From: Tubiluchus corallicola
Lineage: Eukaryota > Animalia > Priapulida
Direction of reading: 5' to 3'
Length of the DNA: 64,000 nucleotides
Assembly: GCA_030141605.1 (NCBI GenBank)
Contig: JAQGDQ010000213.1
Location: 315,880-379,879, forward strand
Below the pieces are notes generated by a model. The model was not told the origin of the DNA. It saw nothing but the letters and a program-made list of their open reading frames with translations, and did not search any database. Shown piece by piece: positions 1-12,485 of this stretch (position 1 is the first letter of the stretch; each line of letters opens with the position of its first letter). The position numbers were made by a program, and so were the translations under genes.

Positions 1-126
1 ATAAGGTATGTGATTAAGCTCTTCCTCAGGGACACCTCTATCTACAAAGTCAGGATCAATATCTTCTGTACTTCCAAGAACTTCAAACTCTGACTCAGAA
101 TCTTCAATAATCATCTGATCTGACAT
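1..126 (-). CDS. First coding exon (runs off window) of an unidentified gene with an acidic N-terminus, MSDQMIIEDSESEFEVLGSTEDIDPDFVDRGVPEEELNHIPY
   Basis: On the - strand: acceptor ttctttcag ending at 161, ATG at 126, 42 open codons to the window edge. A strong upstream donor cag|gtaag at about 711 suggests a 5' UTR exon above 712. Confidence 0.6.
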   Translation of the reverse strand, partial: MSDQMIIEDSESEFEVLGSTEDIDPDFVDRGVPEEELNHIPY

Positions 127-2954
127 GATGCCTGTAGTACTGTACACACTAGGTTACAAACTGAAAGAAGACAAAAAATGAAGGTGCTTTTACTTTTACC
201 TTGCATTAAAAAAGTCATAAGTTATGTAAAACTACTCGGCTAGTAAATACTATAGGAACACAACAGGATACAGATGAAGATCGAAGCACAAGAACAGATG
301 CAGGACTCATGCTTAACATGTTAGCATTTGCAAAGTCTTACAAATGAACTGTAGTGTAGGCCTACAGAATTGTACTTAACCTTATTATACGTATATATGC
401 ACTGCTGTAACTCCATTTGCAATCACAAACAGTATTCTGTGTACAGATTTTAAGCCCATAATAAATAGGCGAACGTTTCTGCATATATGAAATTATAATC
501 AATAGACATAATATTAGTCAATGAACAAGTTTGCACATTTAATATTTTGTGCTAATTTGTACACAAATAGTTTTAATTTTTCGCAATCAAATTTTGCCTA
601 CTGATTTTATAAAAAGTAAATGTGTGGTTATGCGGCTTACTTATGCCCTACATTTCTAATATTCTAATATTTCTAAGGCAACCGGCTAGCTTACCGTCCC
701 ACCCTGCTTACCTGAGTACGCCGACCTCGGCGGATAATTCTGTAAAGCGGCACTTCTAAAACTGGTTCTCTGACTAACTCGTCAAAATAATTTCATACAT
801 CATTAGTACACAACATGAATCTCATCGAAGACACGAATTTACTATGAACATGAAAAAATTCAGGTTAAGAAAAAAGTCTGACGCAATATACTCGTAGTAA
901 CACTCAAACAGGTCAAGCGCACGCCGCACAGAACGACAGGATGTTAAACAGGTTTGTGACTAGTGATTGTTAATCTGCACCAGGCACATGGAAACGATAA
1001 AAGCCATTCGCCTTTTCATCGTATTACGTAGTGAAACCAGGGGTCGCGTCTATCACGCGTTTCATTTTTTTCAGTTTTTAATTAAAATATATGTTCAATG
1101 TGTGTAACCCAATGGTAGCAGCCTTCGTGACTGATTCTAAGAAAAAAACGAAAGAGTTGTTGGCAAAGAGAAAAGTCAAAAGAATTTGTAGAATGTCAAA
1201 AGCACGCAGGCGTGCAGCACAGATCATTTTTTTTACGTATAATGATCAAGGCGCGTGCAGTTACACAAGCTAAGCACCTAGGCAGCGTTGCAGGCCTACA
1301 AAACAGCGACAAAACAACAACATTACAACAATATCAGAGAAATGTTATTTTTTTAAATAATGGTGCATCCGCGGTATAGACTTGCTATTTTTAATTCCAC
1401 TTCAAAACGGCTCTGTCTGTGGTCTGTCGCTATACAAACGCTCACATTTCAAAATTAATAATGCACACACGTCATGACAAGTTAAATTGCCGTCTTGATA
1501 ATCAATATTAATTCAAATATTAATCGAAAAATTACTGTTTTCGAAGAGTTAGTATATGGAAGCCGATTTGCCTTTATTGGTTGTCACTTTGTCATGGGAA
1601 TTTGGTCGTTAATTGATGTTATGGTGTACCTTTGTAGCGCAACATGGCTGCACAATTTGTTACAAACTATAGTTTACAATCTGAACGCTTTTTAATCAAT
1701 GTGTAACTGTGTAAGTCGACTTCTTTCGGTCTTTATATATGTATTTGCAATTTCGATTAAGTAATAATTTACAACGCTAATTCAAAAGTGGTGTTCTTTG
1801 CCATCTAAACAATATACTTGACTCACACTGGTCATTTGAAAACGAACTAAACTCTGTAAATAATCCTCCAACCGCCCTATTTAATTTAATACCACTTTCT
1901 TCGTTACTTTCATTCTGAATGCCGTGGAAATCTGTAGAACTAGTTATGCAAAATGTTGCGCGAAAGTGACACTCGACAGCCATGATGGGCAACATAAAGA
2001 AGTCTACGCTATTTCAGCTTATAGAGGGCTCGTAGTCGTTTTGTAGTAATTTACTTCCTGATCTGTGTACAGTGTACTTTGTCACTAAATTACCTGCTAC
2101 ATGTGGTGAGTAAAAATATCTTTGATTCACGTAATTGTGTTTTAATTTAAAAATTGAGGAGCAATGTTGTGTATTCATTAGTTAAAATAAAAAAGGTTTA
2201 TTAAACACAACAAGATTTATTAATTAATTATTATTAATATTTCGGGAAACCACTGCGTGCTCCCTGCATCAGATTACATTGCTAGCCAATCTAGCAATTC
2301 ACAAGTTTGCTAATAAATTTCTTTAACCTACACGTCATAATATAACGTATAAACAGTTTATTTAACCTATAGGTATAATTATAATAATGTTATAACTAAC
2401 ACCAAATATATACGGATAGTGGATATATTATACATGTAATATATATTATGTATTAGTAATATTTACATAACTGCAGAACAACCCTTAGTTGGACAACAGT
2501 TATTTTTCCTTCGAAACTTAAAACTTGGCCATTTTATTGATTACGTATTTTTATTGATTATTCCAAATAATTAGGCGCCTTTAGCAAACTACCAACAGTA
2601 TAATGTGTGCCTATATGAGCAGTTATACATAATTGATTTTAGTTAATCATAATAGAAATAATTGTAACTGAGGTTTATTTGCAAGTGAGACTGACAGTCT
2701 GGTACACGTATAATACAAACTTTGAGGTTTAAGCACGTGACTGCGAGTGGAACTTTTCTGCAGTTCATTTATTAGAAACATTTGTAAAGCTCTAGTTAGC
2801 CACTTTGAAAAATGCCCCCTCCCCTCCACAAAAAAACAAAAATTTTCTGGAGCGGGATGAAATAATCGCTTCGTAATTTGCAGATGTGATTTTGATTGTG
2901 AAGATGAAATTCTGAAAGTATACATTGGATTCAACATGCACTGATTCATTTGCA

Positions 2955-3773
2955 ATGAGGACAACGAACGCATGCTTTATCTTTGCTGTTTTAGTAAACT
3001 CGTGCGTTTCTGAAATGTCCATTGTTGATCTTAGTCATGATTACACCCATGAGGGCATGGTCTACTATCCCACACGTGACGTCATTAGACCATTCACAAT
3101 GACAAAAGCACTAAGAGGTAGAAACAAAAAAGGCGTGTATTGGGAAGTGAACAACTTCTGTACAGGAGAACATACAGGGACACATATGGATGCACCAAGG
3201 CACTCAATACCCGGAGGAAGAAGTATCGACCAACTGAGACTAGAAGAATTAATTGGCGAAGCAGTTAATTTGGACATCAGTGGTAAAACAATGAAAAATG
3301 CAGATTACCAGTGCACTGTAAAGGATATTAAGGACTGGGAGAAGCGATATGGTGAAATACCACGAGGTAGTTTCTTCTTTTTGAGTACTGGTTGGCACAA
3401 ATACTGGCCAGACAAGATTAAATATATAGGTAGTAATGCTACTCAAACAAACCGTGATCTCCATTTTCCCGGAATTCACCCAAAAGCCGCCAAATGGCTG
3501 ATCGAGCAGCGAAAGATCAAAATGTACGGAGTGGACTGCATTTCTGTAGACTATGGACAGACATCTATGCACGATGTTCACCGAATACTACTTTCGGCAG
3601 ATATCCCAGTCTTAGAAAATGTTGCCAATCTTAATAAGTTACCCCCAACAGGCGGAAAAGTTCACGCTATTCCAATGAGAATAAAAGAAGGAAGTGGTGC
3701 ACCAGCGAGAGTTTACGCACTCTTAGATGACGCATTCAAAGAATGCAATCTGCTCAAAGACACATGCAGTTAA
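2955..3773 (+). CDS. Cyclase-family metal-dependent hydrolase (kynurenine formamidase KynB / isatin hydrolase-like), probably secreted, CDS uninterrupted
   Basis: Motifs IVDLSH, GEHTGTHMDAPRH (HxGTHxDxPxH), STGW, HFPG, GVDCISVD, LENVANL and EGSGAPARVYA. Hydrophobic N-terminus MRTTNACFIFAVLVNSCVS from the ATG at 2955 (ORF track opens at 2925). Possible 5' UTR intron 2106 (gtgagt) to 2883 (tttgcag). Confidence 0.9.
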   Translation: MRTTNACFIFAVLVNSCVSEMSIVDLSHDYTHEGMVYYPTRDVIRPFTMTKALRGRNKKGVYWEVNNFCTGEHTGTHMDAPRHSIPGGRSIDQLRLEELIGEAVNLDISGKTMKNADYQCTVKDIKDWEKRYGEIPRGSFFFLSTGWHKYWPDKIKYIGSNATQTNRDLHFPGIHPKAAKWLIEQRKIKMYGVDCISVDYGQTSMHDVHRILLSADIPVLENVANLNKLPPTGGKVHAIPMRIKEGSGAPARVYALLDDAFKECNLLKDTCS

Positions 3774-4089
3774 GCAAAGAAAATGCGATATTGCGGTTTT
3801 ATAATAACCACTGTTTGTTAAATTGACATAGTTGCTTCATGTTTATCGCAGTACTAGTTAGCAAAAGATAATTACTTGCCAGCAAGGTTTATTTGTCTCA
3901 ATAGTGTTACCACTATTATTCAATGTAGTAAAGCCGTTATCAAACTCGGTTTTTAATGCTGAAAATACAAATGCTATTTTTTGTTTTAGATGCAGCACTA
4001 GTGACAATTGAGTTAGCCTGTTACCTTTTTACTGACTACTCTTTATGATCTACATTACCTGTAGAAATTCTGAAATAGTTATCATAGCA

Positions 4090-4126
<37 letters not shown>

Positions 4127-7100
4127 GAAGAAGAAGAATAATCGTTTATTTATCTTGTAACACACGCACAGTTATAATACAATTAATTTGGTAACAAAAA
4201 TGTGAAGAAAGGGCAGCGAAAGACCAATTGGTCATCTAGTCAGCTGCCCTTTGGTTAGTGATGAACATTTTTATAGGCTCTATACTACAGTGTATTAGTG
4301 TTAGTACTGCTTATAATAAAAACTAAATTGTTGCGAATGACATTAAATTGATATGCTTATAACGTGTTAGTACAATTCATACACAGTAATAATAAGTGCA
4401 TAATAAAAAAATCAAACTGAAAATAACTGAAATAAGAACTGAAACAAAAACTGAAATAAAAATCTGACAACAGAAACATAATAACAATGGCAACTGAAAT
4501 TTACTTTATAACACAAGCATAATTCTTAGACATAAGCAAGCGAATGTATAATGGAGTCATAATATGTCATAATAATGTAAAAAAATACAAAGCGAATTTT
4601 GATGATCTGAGGTAAAATAAATAGGCAGATAGTTAAAGCACAAAAAATTACCTGTATGACTGCATGAGGAGATTGACAATTGGAGTCCAGACTTTGAAAA
4701 TGATCTACAGAAGTTAGACAATAAACAATTAAATATTGAAGTTAATTGAACCTGCTATAACAGTAACTGCTCTTGCACGCAGTTAGACAATTTATTATAG
4801 TGGGTAAAAGGAATAAAAGTTGTTGCAAAATACTGTACGCTTATATGTAGTTAATCTCGGTAATAAGTTTGCAAGAGTTGAAATTTATATAACTTACTCA
4901 AGTGACAGATACTAGTTCATTGCTTAAGATCATCTGAAAGAGTATTCCATAGAATAGTACCATTATGTTTTAAAGTCTGTAGACCTTTTGTTGTGCTAAA
5001 TCTTTCCTGAAAATAGTTTTGTTTGGTAGCTGCTCTCGTAGAATACTGGTGAACGTCTCTAATCTTTTTGAAATAATTGCCCCCTTTTTATAGTTGAACA
5101 TGAATTTCGCTAACTCAAGCTTATGAATTTCATTAATTTTTAATAATTGCAAAGCATAATAGGAAGGGGTAGCATGATCTCGGAACCCAGCAAAAGTCAT
5201 TGTTTTGATAATTTTGTTATGTGCTGCTGTAAGTGGTTTCAGAACAGATTTTTTGCTGTGCCCCATGATAAGATACAATAGTTAATGTGTGGGTACACAA
5301 TGGCAAAGTAAATCATTTTTAGTATATCCGTGCTCAAGTAATGCCTCAATTTAAAAAATATACCTGTAACTTTTACTTACTTTGTAGGTAATATTTTTTA
5401 CGTGTGTTGACCAATTAAGGGTGTCGTCTATGTAGACGCCCAGATATTTTATGTCTGATACTTGTTCCAATAAACAGTCTTGCATGGATACTGTTATAAT
5501 GGAGTTTTCATTGTTTTCAAATTTGTTTCTTATGATCATAAATTTTGTTTTATTATACTTTACTGTTAACTTATTTGTACGCATCCATGTGTTAATTTTG
5601 ATCAGTTCTTCATTACTTCTAAGCTCAAGATTATGCGTGTCGTTGTCTGCTAAGAAGAGGTTAGTGTCATCAGCAAAAAGTTGTGTTTGCATGTTAGTAC
5701 AAAGAGGGAGGTCATTTATATATGTCATGAAAAATAGTGGACCCAAGGTGGATCCTTGAGGTACACCACATTGTATTGGGCATAGGTCAGAGGCAAAATT
5801 GTCAACTACCGTAAATTGGTGTCTGTTCGTAAGATATGACTGGAATAGTTTTTGCGTGATTCCACGGATACCATAATAGTCCATTTTGTTGAGTAAAATG
5901 TCGTGTTGAACGGTGTCAAAAGCTTTTGTTAAATCAAGAAAGATGCCGCAGGTAAGTAATTTATTGTCTAGGTTTGTCAGAAGATTGTCTATGATTTCAG
6001 CAGTTGCTAATATTGTGGAATGATTTTTGCGGAAACCGAATTGAAAACACGATATTGTATCATTTTTGATTGAATATGTCATCAGGGGTTTATATAAGAT
6101 TGACTCGAAAATTTTGGCAATGGGTGATATGAGTGAGATGGGTCGGTAGTTGTTCAGCTCATTTGGATCATCTTTTTTATATATGGGGATTACTTTTGCC
6201 AGTTTTATATATGGAGTGTCGGTGAACGTCCCAGTCAGAATTGACGCATTAAACAGATTTGTAAGCGGAGTTAAAATTATGTTTTTTGACATTTTGAAAT
6301 ATGTAATTGGGATGTCATAAGGGCCTTTTGCTTTATTGGGATCTAGTCTATCAATAGCTTGAGAAATCTCGATTTCGCTAACTGGTGTGATATAGAAAGA
6401 ATTTTCTTGGGGATGCATTAAATAGTCTGTATACTTACAGTTTTCGGGTTGTGTTATGCGTGATGCTAGTGATATACCAATGTTTGCAAAAAAAACTGTT
6501 AAAAGCATTAGGTTTATGGTGCGGGTCACGTGAAGTCGTGCCTTGGTAACGAACTTTAGTTGGCATTATACTAGCTGTCTTTTTTTTTATTTTAAGAAGT
6601 TCATTGATAGTGCTCCAAGTTTGTTTCATGTTATTTTTGTTTGCAAGCAAGATCTGAGAGTAATACTTCTTTTTGGATGCATGTTTGATGTGATTAAGTT
6701 TGTTAGAATATGTTTTATATAAATTTTGCTTATACAGCGAGTTGGATAACTTGTGTGTTGTATACATACGGCTTCTTATTTTAATAGAATTGAGAATGCC
6801 GGGAGTGATCCATGGTTTAGCTATAGTTTTTGAGTTTTTCCTTGATAACGTTTGGAGTGGGGCATGTTTGTCAAGTAATGTTTTAAACGAGTCCATGAAT
6901 TGTGAGCAGTAAGAGTGTATGTCTGCTTCGCCATCATTCAGTGTTAGGTTACTTATATTAACTTGAAGCTCGCTTAAAAAGTTACCTTGATTGAATGATC
7001 TCGTACATCTGACTGATTTTTTAATGTTGTTGTGCAGGAGATTGGTATTTCTTATAATGGCAAATACTGGCAAGTGGTCCGCAATGGGGTTAGTAATGAT

Positions 7101-8395
7101 GCCAGATGTGATGGGTGTAGAAAGATTATTAGTATAAATATGATCAATTAGGGTTTGTGACGTTGCAGTAATTCTAGTTGGTCGCGTGATAATTGGTGTA
7201 AATTGATTTGAGAAAAGCATGTTGAGATACTTATTAATAAATGGTTTGTGATCATGTTGATGTAAATCTATATTAATGTCTCCACATATATAAGCTGGTT
7301 TGCCTGTGGAGTTAATAGTGCAAAGAACTGATTCTAATTCGTCATGAAAATGTTCGACTGGGGTGTTTGGATGCCTATATATTACTCCAGATATAAAAGA
7401 TTTTTTGTTATCGGTGGAAGCAATTTCAAGCCACAAGTGCTAGTCTACTAGTTGTACTAATCCCATTAACAATAACACTTTTACAAGTTCTTATTTTGTA
7501 TTCAGGTTTAATTTTAAAATTGAGGCTAGATTTTACATACACACCTTCGCCACCAGCAGCTGTATTGGAATCATAGTGTAAGAAAGAATATCCTGGTATA
7601 TTACACAAAAAAGGGTCAGATTCGTGAATTCTGGTTTCCGAGATCGTTATCAACTCAGGCATTTTTTTGAAATCGTGTTAATGTATCAGTCATGTCTGAA
7701 TAGTATTTCCTCAAACTTGATGTGTTAAAGTGTATTATAAATGTGTCATTGTTTGCTTTATCTGTGGATTTATCACTACTCAGATTTGCAAGATTAATGT
7801 ATTTGCTGTCATACTGAAGTCTATAATTGTCGATGTCTGTATCATCTCTATTACAGTGGACTAGCGAAGAAGAGTCAAAAATTGATGAAAAGCAAGATAA
7901 ATTTTTTACAAAATTAGAAAATTGATAGTGATTAGCCATTTCCATAAATTCATCATCATCAATGAACTGCAAAGGAAGCACATCATTAATGCATTGCTTG
8001 CAGAAGTAACTGTCATTAGAACTTGCTAAGTTTACAAAATCATGATGAGACAACATTGTACACTTTAGATGTGTCCAGAGGGAACACACATCACATTGAA
8101 TTGAGTTTTGATTTGCTTTGCAAGTTCTATTACACTTAGTACTATTAAGGCTAACCATTACAATGGGTTATTGATTGAAACGAGTGAAGAAGTGATTAGT
8201 GTTTTAATTTATCTACATCATCTACCAATAACACAGGTTGCCTCCTGACACTGTGCACCAGATCACAAATGTCAACAACTAAACCCATTAACTTACAACC
8301 AGTTATCCGACTAATAAGTCCAACAATCGACTAGTACAATCTAGCACTGAGCCAATAAAAAACCAACCAACTACCGACCATCTGATCAACCAGTT
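4090..8395 (-). mobile_element. Non-LTR retrotransposon of the CR1/L2 group, near full-length, frameshifted
   Basis: PHD finger, APE endonuclease and RT in order on the - strand. The 3' end has AATAAA (plus strand tttatt 4145-4150), a (TTC)n(TTA)n tail and a stem-loop at 4208-4252. The 5' boundary is approximate and no TSD was found. Confidence 0.9.
4970..8158 (-). pseudogene. Disrupted LINE ORF (PHD-APE-RT) split over five ORF pieces
   Basis: PHD CDVCSLWTHLKC..YFCKQC. APE IHFNTSSL, ITISET, VIYRHP, CGDINIDL, TLIDHIY, DHLPV. RT NYRPISL, QFGFRKNHST, FLDLTKAFDTV, GVPQGSTLGP, LFADDT, KYLGV. Frame breaks near 7655, 7430, 6490 and 5350. Confidence 0.88.
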
Positions 8396-8403
8396 AGCTG
8401 ACC

Positions 8404-9467
8404 GGTGCTAGGCGTTTTCGACACAAGTTATTTTGACCTAGGCTATATGGACACATAGGACATTTGGACACAAGGATATTTGAGCACATAGGTTCATTTG
8501 GACACATGGGCCATTTAGACATATAGGACATTTCGACACAATGGCATTTCGACACAAGGAGATTTGAACACGTAGGACATTTCGACGCAAGGACATTTCG
8601 ACACACGACATTTCAACACAAGGACAGCTGAACAAATTTGGATACAGGCAAAAATTTGTTATATGATGTTGTTACAAGAAACAGTACAGTGCCTTATATG
8701 TATAGCACTAGGCAGCTCAGTGATTACCATATTCTGACCTTATGAAAAATTTCATCGTTTACAAGGATCCTATTTAATGGAATAACTTGGCATTTGACAT
8801 CAAATATCGGTCGTGTTTTAAAAAGAAAATAAAAATCATACTACATGTACAATATTTTTATAATGCCAAATAATATTTATTGTACATTTTTTATTTTTAT
8901 TATTGGAATATTTTGTTTTAGTAAATGTGGTCTTATAAAGCTGGTGACTTAGCGGCCAGTCATAATTGTTTTATTTGTATTATGAAAATGGTGTATTTTA
9001 TCGATCATAAACCTATTTTTAGGTCAAATTTTTATTATTTATTAACGATTCATTTTCACTTTTATCTTCATTTACTTAATATACATTTATTAAAGTAAAT
9101 CCAGTATTGTGCGTATGAATGTTTTTATAGCAATAAACCAAACTAAACAAAATTAACAAAACCTGAAAGCGCACTTTAGCACACAGTGACTAAACAGTGA
9201 CTGAATTCAAGTTACCAACGTGTCTAAATGTCCTATGTCAAAAATACTAGTGCTCAATTGTTCTATGTATCCAAAACTCCTAGTGCAAACAGCAACGCTA
9301 TGTGTCTAAATGTCCTTGTGTCCAAATGTCCTATGCGTGGAAATGTCCTTGTGTCGAAATGTCCTATGTGTCTAAATGTCCTGTGTGTCCAAATGTCTTT
9401 GTGTCGAAATGTCCTCTGAGTCCAAATGTCTTGTGGGGAAATGTCTGTATTGAAATGTCTGCACTCC
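8404..9467. mobile_element. Fold-back-type non-autonomous element whose inverted arms are built from short tandem units
   Basis: Left arm about 8410-8645 repeats ggacattt(c/g)gacac; right arm about 9220-9465 repeats its reverse complement gtgtc(g/c)aaatgtcc. AT-rich spacer between the arms. Confidence 0.7.
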
Positions 9468-10643
9468 TAACCGTGCACTTAGACACTAGCCATCCGTCAG
9501 ACCAACTGGCCAACTGCCTGTCTATGTACAGACAACTGTAGCAGCATTAGTGACAATTTGGTACCGCTCAAATAGCTTGTTCTTGATGGGCTAACAACTA
9601 GCAAGTCAAGAACATATCACTGTGTTGTCAAACAGTAGGTGGCAGCAAGAAGTTATCGTGGGTTACTGCTAGCGACTCGCTAACCAGGCTTCCTGCTATA
9701 TCCACCCATACATGCCAGCTTACTAAATAAAAACTCAACGGAAATAGAAGTAAACCGAGAAAAAAGATAAACGATAAAAAAACGGGAATGGGGTCAGTAA
9801 GATATGGGACATCGAAAAAAGGGAGATAAAAAGGAAAGAAAAGAAACTAGAAAAATGGAAGCAAGAAAATAAGGAGCTCAAAATTATAAGAAACAAAAGG
9901 CTATCGAGTGACTATTAGGACTACTAACTTAAAATTAGAACAATAAGAGTGAAACAAAAATGTTAATGCAAGAAAAAATGTAAAGTTGAAAGACAGAGAG
10001 ACAGCATGGAAGAAAGAAAAAGAAACATTTTTTCATTTCGCTATAGTCATCAAAAGCTACATTATCCATAGATACAGCAGCCAGCCTTCAATCCAATACC
10101 TGAACTCGGTTTCCGTGACATTAATATCCTTCTAATTTAAAAAAAGTTCGCGTGGGTTATCAAGGTTTAACTCTTTTGAAGTTCAGTCGCTCTAATCGCC
10201 CTTACGTATATTGATTAATATTTCGTATCATTCACTTTTCACTAATGACGCAATATATATATAGCTTGTTGAATTTTGTGGAATGTGTGTTAACAGCATA
10301 GGGCGACAAGCTCTTTTTCGCAAAACTAACACGATCTAGGCGGTAATTCATCGATTTTCTGTAAAATAATGATTATCAGCGGTGTCGCCTTAGCTTTTAT
10401 CAATTGATTCGCATGAATGCCCATAGTTTTCTCTTCTATTGTTATATCGACTTTTCGTCAGAAATTTTGAAGAAAGCCACAGTGTCAGTATAGTTCTGTG
10501 CGGTATTTATGCTGCTGTCGTATTTACAGATTCGGGCACTTTATAATTAATAATTTGACTATTATAAAAATTTAATACAAACGAGTTTTATAGTTGTCCA
10601 ATTATCAAGAATCGAAAAATGATTCTTATGATTTATACGTATA

Positions 10644-11060
10644 TTGCGTCAGTTTTGTGATAAGTTAGCAGTCGAGTCTGAAAAACATGTTTTATTGCAT
10701 TGTCCCTTTTATGATGATATTCGCATTTTGTTGTTTCAGTGTCCAAGCGCAAAAATCAATAATTTTAGTGAGTTCAACGATAATGATAAATTACGTCAGA
10801 TACTGTCAGGTGATATTTGTTTAAAAGAATGTGCCAAAACTAATGCTGGAAAGAATAAAGATTTTTAACTAATGTGTATTAACGTTTGTTTACTGACTGT
10901 TTTAATTTATATGTAAAATGTTTGTTTTTAATGATTTTTAAGGTGTCTCATGACTTTGCCGATAGAGTGGCTTTTATGTTTACTGTAACTGTGCGTACTA
11001 TCGTGTTTTACATTGTTGTAAAATGAAAGGGGACACTATAGTAAACAAACAATACTATAG
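10644..11060 (+). mobile_element. 5'-truncated LINE 3' end (C-terminal zinc knuckle plus 3' UTR)
   Basis: Translation QFCDKLAVESEKHVLLHCPFYDDIR matches the Cx..E.E.H.LL.CP.Y...R C-terminal motif of non-LTR ORF2 proteins. The 3' boundary is approximate. Confidence 0.6.
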
Positions 11061-12339
11061 AATAATTATATTTTATGTAGAATGCATGATCTAATAAACT
11101 TAATTTAAAACACACGTAAGCAGAAACTTGTTTAAGGTAACATAAATCGTTATTTGTTACTAAGTGGGATGGATTTCGATATATAACGCAGTATCCTACG
11201 CATATTTCGGCCTAATCCTGTTATGCTGTGTGTGTGGGACTGCAATTTCACTATAAACTTAGCTGGAAGTGAAAACAGGGGAATTTACAACACTACCGCC
11301 ATAAGGTGAAGTAAAGTGCCACATTTCTGTCTCGCCTAGTCGCACTTTTATGGCACCAACAATAAAATAATGCACGAACGTTCGGGGCCAATATTACAAA
11401 CTGTTCAGTGAGGACAGAGTCAGATGTATTAGTTATTAATTTTTTTACATAGCATCGTGACCAAGACTGAGCTTAGCTACCAGAATTAAGCAACGTTTTG
11501 GGTGGTTAGTAAATGGATGAGTGATTGTTAAGAAAATTGTTCCTACAATCATTTATCTCGTTGAAAGAAAGTATGTATACGTCTCTTTCAGTTCAGTATC
11601 TCGTCTTAGTTGCAGTGTTCGGAACAGCACAAAACATTGTTATATGAAGGCCAGTTCTATGGACATGCAGTTTTGATAAAGTGAGAGAACATTGACCAAC
11701 AGTCACCAACCATTTTCGTTTATAAATAAAACTTGTTATTTGAACAAATTAGCGAAATAAAAAAGCAACGACAATGTGGATAATGGCGATTTGTACCGCT
11801 ATAAACAGCGTGCTATAGTCGACGAAATTTATTCTAATGGTTAGTTTTCGTTTCTGAAAACCAAAATTAAATTTTGATGTTGAAAAGCGATAACGAAAAC
11901 GGTTATGCCAGATGCGAGAACATGTCTGTGGAACTGGTGACGTGTATCGCAAATAGCGGCCGACCAGCAAGTGACAACATGGCATTTGTTAGTACATGCA
12001 GTTCGTGCTAGAAAGCCTAAGGGGGTTATGACTGTTAAAAGGAAAAGAGAGAGTGGGGTAGTAGAAAAGGGCAGTAATAAAAACAATGTTTGGCTGAAAG
12101 TAGTTAGGTGGGTTTTGGATTTCTTCTTCATAGTTTACAAATTTTTATTTGCGCGCAAACACAAATAGACAAGACAAAAGACGTATTTATTGGAGTATTC
12201 ACGAGGAACTTGAAAGCTAAGTTTCGGCTGCTATTCCTTAACTCTTAGCCTTTCAAGCGCAGCCAACTGTGAGTAGCTAAGTTGTACCCTGCAAACTCAC
12301 AGCCCTGACACTGCATCTATGGCAACTAAAATAACTCAA

Positions 12340-12485
12340 AACTATGTAAATGCAATATACGCGATTGCTATAATTTGTACCGTATCTTTCATCTTACCTG
12401 AAGTTTTAATTCAGAAATATGTAAATGCAATATACACTACTGTTATAATTTGTACCCCAATTTTTATCTTAGCTGAAATTCTCAA
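12340..12485. repeat. Two-copy 75-bp tandem duplication
   Basis: tatgtaaatgcaatatac...tataatttgtacc occurs at 12343 and at 12418. Confidence 0.75.

Noticed and set aside
2647-7000. Short ORFs antisense to the cyclase gene and the LINE
   Set aside because: Shadow ORFs with no motifs.
8394-9541. Cys-rich ORFs or a CRISPR-like array
   Set aside because: The ORFs are translations of a short tandem unit. The repeats are degenerate, contiguous and lack unique spacers, and the context is eukaryotic.
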